A stretch of 60,252 bases of DNA. It comes from Acidimicrobiia bacterium. GTDB taxonomy: Bacteria > Actinomycetota > Acidimicrobiia > Spongiisociales > Spongiisociaceae. Positions 56,628 to 60,252 of this stretch are shown one piece after another. The translations under genes were made by a program, and so were the position numbers. The stretch spans positions 1-60,252 of the forward strand of contig WTGW01000041.1 in NCBI GenBank assembly GCA_011523395.1. The letters run 5' to 3'. Under the pieces are notes generated by a model. It had not been told where the DNA came from and searched no databases. It was given only the letters and a program-made list of their open reading frames with translations. The stretch's first letter is position 1. Each line of letters begins with the position of its first letter.

Positions 56628-57407
56628 TCAGGCGCCTACTGTGCTCCTGCCCCCGTCGGCTATGACGTAGGAGCCGATCATGTGACTCGCCTCCGGTGTG
56701 GCCAGAAAGAGAGCCGGTATGGCCATGTCGTCGGGTGTGGGGACCTGTCCCGCCGGTGTTGCCGCGGTGATCGCCTCCCGGCGGCCGGTGTTCCAGTCCT
56801 CCCGCGATACCGTCGACTCCGTCGCCATGAACCCCGGCGCGAAGGCACTCACCCTCACCTTGGGAGCGAATGCCCTGGCGTATGACTTGGTCAGTGCCAT
56901 AACCCCGTACTTTCCCGCGGCGTACTGCGGGGCGCGGGGGCTGCCTCTCACCACCACGGTGGAACCGATGTTGACTATGGCGCCGCCGTCCTCCTGCTCC
57001 AGCATCCTCGTACCGAATTCGTGGATCATGTAGAGGGTTCCCTTTACGTCGACATCGATTACCCGGTCCACGAGTTCTTGGGTGACGTCGCGCCACGACA
57101 TCTGTTCGGTGGCGATGTCCCCGACATTGTTGACGAGCACATCCAACCCACCGAACTGGTCGAAGACCGCGTCGGCCATTGCCTTCACTGCATCCCAGGA
57201 ACTGATGTCAGCCTGGAATGTCGACGCCTCCGAGCCCCTCTCGCGGATCTGTCGAGCCGTCCGTTCCGCTCCTGCTTCGGAGCTGTAGTAATGCACGCCA
57301 ACCCTCGCGCCTTCCGCTCCCGCACGGCGAGCGATGGCGCTGCCGAAGCCGGTGCCTGCGCCGGTGACCAGGACCCGCTTCCCCACAAACCTCTGGAAGA
57401 CCGTCAT
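56628..57407 (-). CDS. SDR family oxidoreductase
   Basis: VTGAGTGFG and YAAGKYG motifs. Start trimmed to the ATG at 57407. Confidence 0.85.
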   Translation of the reverse strand: MTVFQRFVGKRVLVTGAGTGFGSAIARRAGAEGARVGVHYYSSEAGAERTARQIRERGSEASTFQADISSWDAVKAMADAVFDQFGGLDVLVNNVGDIATEQMSWRDVTQELVDRVIDVDVKGTLYMIHEFGTRMLEQEDGGAIVNIGSTVVVRGSPRAPQYAAGKYGVMALTKSYARAFAPKVRVSAFAPGFMATESTVSREDWNTGRREAITAATPAGQVPTPDDMAIPALFLATPEASHMIGSYVIADGGRSTVGA

Positions 57408-57854
57408 AGCATCACCTCGCATTACCTCTTTCGTTCTCACACACCGCTCTATTCGTCACAACCGGGCACGGCCTAAGTTGCGGTGCACCCGATTCGATGC
57501 TGGTTGTGCAAGGACATCGGAGGCTCCCGATACTGACATTCAACCCCGATTCTTCATGTTACCGGACACACCGACCAGTATCCGGCCAAGTCAACACGAT
57601 CATGGCGGCTCCGCCGTCCTTCACCCCGTGGGTACGGCGCCGTACCGGTAACAGAGGGGCTGTCCCGTGTCGGTGGGTCTCGTCCCCGACCCCGGGTACT
57701 GGCGAGATGGAGGGCGGTTGGTCGTCCGCCCGTCATTTCCTACGCCGTCTGCGACGCCCTGCGCCCGCTCGACGTCACACCGACTAGTTTTTGCCCTGAC
57801 CCCGTGGAGGGTTTGGGAGGCCATCCAAGCCGCAGGTCAAGAAGGGTTGCAAAC

Positions 57855-58859
57855 ATGACTTACGATGTCCATGCCCACATCGTGCCCATGGAGTTGATGA
57901 GGTTGCTCAGAAGGCGGGGCCACGAGTACGGCATCGAGGTGATCCATGACGATTCCGGGGAGGAGTTGCTGCGCCTGGCAGGCAGGAAGGTGATCGGCCC
58001 CTTCCCCCGGGAGCTATACGATCTCGAGGCTCGCATGCGAGCAATGGAACGAGGCGGCGTGGATACTCAGGTGGTGTCCCATCGCACCGACTTCAGCGCC
58101 TACGCCCTCGATCCCGAAGCCGGTTCCAGGTACGCCCGCGCGTTCAACCGCATCCTCGCCGAAGAGGTCTCCCGGTACCCGGGCCGCCTCATGGCTTTGG
58201 GCACGGTCCCTCTACAGAACCCCGGCGCAGCAGCCGATGAACTTGGATACATCGTGGGTGAACTGGGCATGGTCGGGGTGGAGATAGCCACCACGGTCGA
58301 TGGGGTGCATCTGATCGACGCGGGACTCGACCCCTTCTGGAAGGTGGCCAATGAACTTCGATGCCTGATATTGCTGCATCCGTACGACCCGTTGGGCGGC
58401 TATGACCTGAGCAGGTATTTCCTCTCGAACGTCTTCGGCAGGCCTGCGGAGTCCACCGTGGCGATGGGCCATCTACTCTTCGGCGGTGTTCTGGAGCGAT
58501 ACCCGGATCTGGTGCTCTGCATGGTCCACGGAGGCGGGTACATGCCCTACCAGATAGGTCGCTGGGTGAAGGGATACAAGATGGCCCCCCATCTCACAGC
58601 CAGGCATATCTCCGAATCACCGCTCGAGTACGTGAGGCGTCTCCACTTCGACACCCTCCTTCACGTCCCGGAGGCACTCGCCTTCCTGCTTGATCTTGTG
58701 GGACCGACCCGGGTGGTGGTAGGCACCGACTATCCGTATCCGATGCATGAACGGACACCTGTGGCGTTCGTCGACTCGGTCCCGCGCCTGACCGACGAGG
58801 CTAGGGAGATGATCCTCCACGGCAACATCTCCCGGATACTCGAGGGAATACGCCGATGA
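57855..58859 (+). CDS. amidohydrolase_2 (ACMSD/hydroxybenzoate-decarboxylase-type) family protein
   Basis: YDVHAHIVP metal motif, LLHPYDP, MVHGGG and GTDYPYP blocks. Confidence 0.8.
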   Translation: MTYDVHAHIVPMELMRLLRRRGHEYGIEVIHDDSGEELLRLAGRKVIGPFPRELYDLEARMRAMERGGVDTQVVSHRTDFSAYALDPEAGSRYARAFNRILAEEVSRYPGRLMALGTVPLQNPGAAADELGYIVGELGMVGVEIATTVDGVHLIDAGLDPFWKVANELRCLILLHPYDPLGGYDLSRYFLSNVFGRPAESTVAMGHLLFGGVLERYPDLVLCMVHGGGYMPYQIGRWVKGYKMAPHLTARHISESPLEYVRRLHFDTLLHVPEALAFLLDLVGPTRVVVGTDYPYPMHERTPVAFVDSVPRLTDEAREMILHGNISRILEGIRR

Positions 58860-59091
58860 ACCCAACCGGGTGGACGGCGCCGCCGAGTCGGGTTCGAATG
58901 CCGGATCGGGTGGCCAAGACCCAACTCACGGGAGGTTCCAGCTTGGTGTCCAGGCACGCCCGCCCGGCCAGGTGAGGGCCTATCCACACACGTTCTAGGG
59001 TCCAGCGAGATTCCAAGGGGGCCGATCTGATCATCTCACACGTCTTGTCACAGACCGGTCTCGAATGAGCGGTTCGTCGAGTTGGTGGAGG

Positions 59092-59120
59092 TTGTCATAT
59101 TGGCGACGGGGTCCGATAGT
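59092..59120 (+). promoter_or_regulatory. sigma-70-like promoter TTGTCA-N17-GATAGT
   Basis: Read directly, about 80 nt upstream of the FAH start. The GATAGT box belongs to the recurring CGATA module described in the findings. Confidence 0.35.
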
Positions 59121-59198
59121 CAAGACTCGACGAACCGACCGTTTCCTGGCAACCGGTAGCATCGTTCCGCTGTCCGATCAACCAGAATGGAGGTCTCA

Positions 59199-60044
59199 AT
59201 GAAGCTGGCCACGTTCAACGGCGGGAAAGTGGGCCGCGTCGACGGCGACCGCGTGATCGAACTCGACGCTGCCACGATGCGCCAGTATTTCGAGCGCGGC
59301 GGTGACGTGGATGAGACCGGGGCGTACCACGACCTGTCTACCGTCAAGCTCGAGGCGCCGATCATCCCCAAGAAATTCTTCCACACCGCCGGCAACTACC
59401 GGGAGCACCATGAGGAGTCACTGAGGGTCAACTGGTCACACCCGGTTCTTCCATGGATAGTGTTCTTCCAGAACATCGACGCGATCATCGGTCCCGACGA
59501 TCCCATCGTCTACCCCCACCATCTGACCAGCGAACTCGACTACGAACTAGAGCTTGCGGTGGTCATCGGAAAGTCGGGGAAGTTCTTTTCTGCTGAAGAG
59601 GCGGACGACTATATCGGCGGTTACCTGGTATTCAACGACATCACGGCCCGTGATATCCAGAGGAGAGAGATGAAGTCCGGTGTCTTCTCCTTCTGTAAGG
59701 GGATAGACACGTTCTGCCCGATCGGACCTTGGATAGTGACTCCCGACGAGGTGGGCGATCCGCACTCCCTCGATGTCGAACTTCGCGTGAACGGGGAGAG
59801 GCGTCAGGCTTCGAACACGGGGAACATGTCGGTGACGATCCACGAGATCGTGTCCCACTACTCCCCGATGGGTTACAGCGCCGGCGACGTTCTCTCCACC
59901 GGAACGGTCTCCGGAGTGGCCGGGTTCAGCCTGGATGCCGAATCTCTGTACTTGCAGCCCGGCGATGTTATGGAGGCCGAGATAGATCGGATCGGAGTGC
60001 TCCGCAACCCCATTGTCTCTTGGGAGGAGTCCCACGGGCAATAA
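59199..60044 (+). CDS. fumarylacetoacetate hydrolase (FAH) family protein
   Basis: ATG after GGAGG. C-terminal FAH core (ELELAVVIGK, FNDITARD, KGIDTFCPIGPW). Confidence 0.9.
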   Translation: MKLATFNGGKVGRVDGDRVIELDAATMRQYFERGGDVDETGAYHDLSTVKLEAPIIPKKFFHTAGNYREHHEESLRVNWSHPVLPWIVFFQNIDAIIGPDDPIVYPHHLTSELDYELELAVVIGKSGKFFSAEEADDYIGGYLVFNDITARDIQRREMKSGVFSFCKGIDTFCPIGPWIVTPDEVGDPHSLDVELRVNGERRQASNTGNMSVTIHEIVSHYSPMGYSAGDVLSTGTVSGVAGFSLDAESLYLQPGDVMEAEIDRIGVLRNPIVSWEESHGQ

Positions 60045-60197
60045 CCGGCTCTTCGGAAAGGGAGGTCGAGGTGACTGGGGTGGGTTGGAAATCCACTAGA
60101 TGTGGGGTGTAGGACCCTCCATAGTCGGATGGTTGTAGCCAATTCCGAGGCTCCGGACGCTCGACCACTGACCGCGGGTTGGCAGCAACCAGACCAG

Positions 60198-60252
60198 TGG
60201 CGGAGGCGGACGGGAATCGAACCCGCCGGGGCACTCTCGTACCCCCACTGGT
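60198..60252 (-). tRNA. selC: tRNA-Sec, 3' 55 nt only (truncated by the window edge)
   Basis: The minus strand reads ACCAGT-GGGGGTAC-GAGA-GTGCCCC-GG-GCGGG-TTCGATT-CCCGT-CCGCCTCC-G-CCA. That gives a long variable arm (7-bp stem, GNRA loop), a 5-bp T stem, an 8-nt acceptor strand, G73 and an encoded CCA. It is collinear with E. coli selC. A 7/5 type-II fold (Ser/Leu) does not fit. Confidence 0.65.

Noticed and set aside
60198-60252. tRNA-Ser or tRNA-Leu (type II tRNA with a long variable arm) instead of tRNA-Sec
   Set aside because: With an encoded G73-CCA, a 7-nt acceptor would require a T-stem CGGGT/CCGTC, which does not pair. The 8-nt acceptor plus 5-bp T stem pairs cleanly and matches selC. 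The anticodon itself lies outside the window, so confidence is moderate.
1-60252. CRISPR arrays, transposases, integrases, prophage, toxin-antitoxin or known defence genes
   Set aside because: No regularly spaced short repeats and no ORF with recognisable recombinase, nuclease or defence signatures were seen. The only repeats are the three dispersed ~235-bp elements and the short recurring leader motifs.

Overview
GC-rich, densely coding chromosomal window, probably Actinomycetota (possibly Acidimicrobiia-like; taxonomy is an inference). I support about 54 protein genes. Most other long ORFs in the six-frame track are antisense or out-of-frame shadows typical of high-GC DNA. Left third (1-21.6 kb): mixed housekeeping genes. 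These include two alpha/beta hydrolases, YqgE/AlgH, an Rv2258c-like methyltransferase, a HisC-family aminotransferase, a fused 2-oxoacid dehydrogenase E1 alpha-beta, a DM13 protein, a LOG-family protein, a Nudix-histidine phosphatase fusion, DUF3179, an RpoD-like sigma factor, a YyaL/DUF255 thioredoxin-domain protein coupled to a cysteine-synthase-like PLP enzyme, and an HTH-TM/SUOX-like pair. Right two thirds (21.7-60 kb): a catabolic and transport island in which I could recognise no regulator and no mobility gene. It holds (i) an SDR/SMP-30 lactonase/RidA operon; (ii) D-aminoacylase plus MlrC converging on a Dpp-type ABC operon that ends in a coupled D-serine-dehydratase-like PLP enzyme; (iii) MBL, cupin, Zn-ADH, a second MlrC and a CocE/NonD hydrolase; (iv) a second peptide-type ABC importer and a CoxMSL-type molybdenum hydroxylase, each split across two convergent operons; (v) an orphan EntE/DhbE-like aryl-acid adenylating enzyme with SDRs, three ACMSD-type amidohydrolases and an FAH-family hydrolase. 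The window ends inside a minus-strand tRNA whose 8/5 acceptor/T architecture indicates tRNA-Sec (selC). The most unusual signals are non-coding. First, a three-copy ~235-bp intergenic element looks like a paralogous small-RNA gene family. Second, an 825-bp gene desert holds a ~280-nt minus-strand unit with a 16-nt perfect complement to the 16S rRNA 3' tail, a 14-codon mini-ORF and a canonical terminator. Third, sequence modules recur in the 5' regions of several island genes. No CRISPR array, transposase, integrase or complete rRNA was seen.
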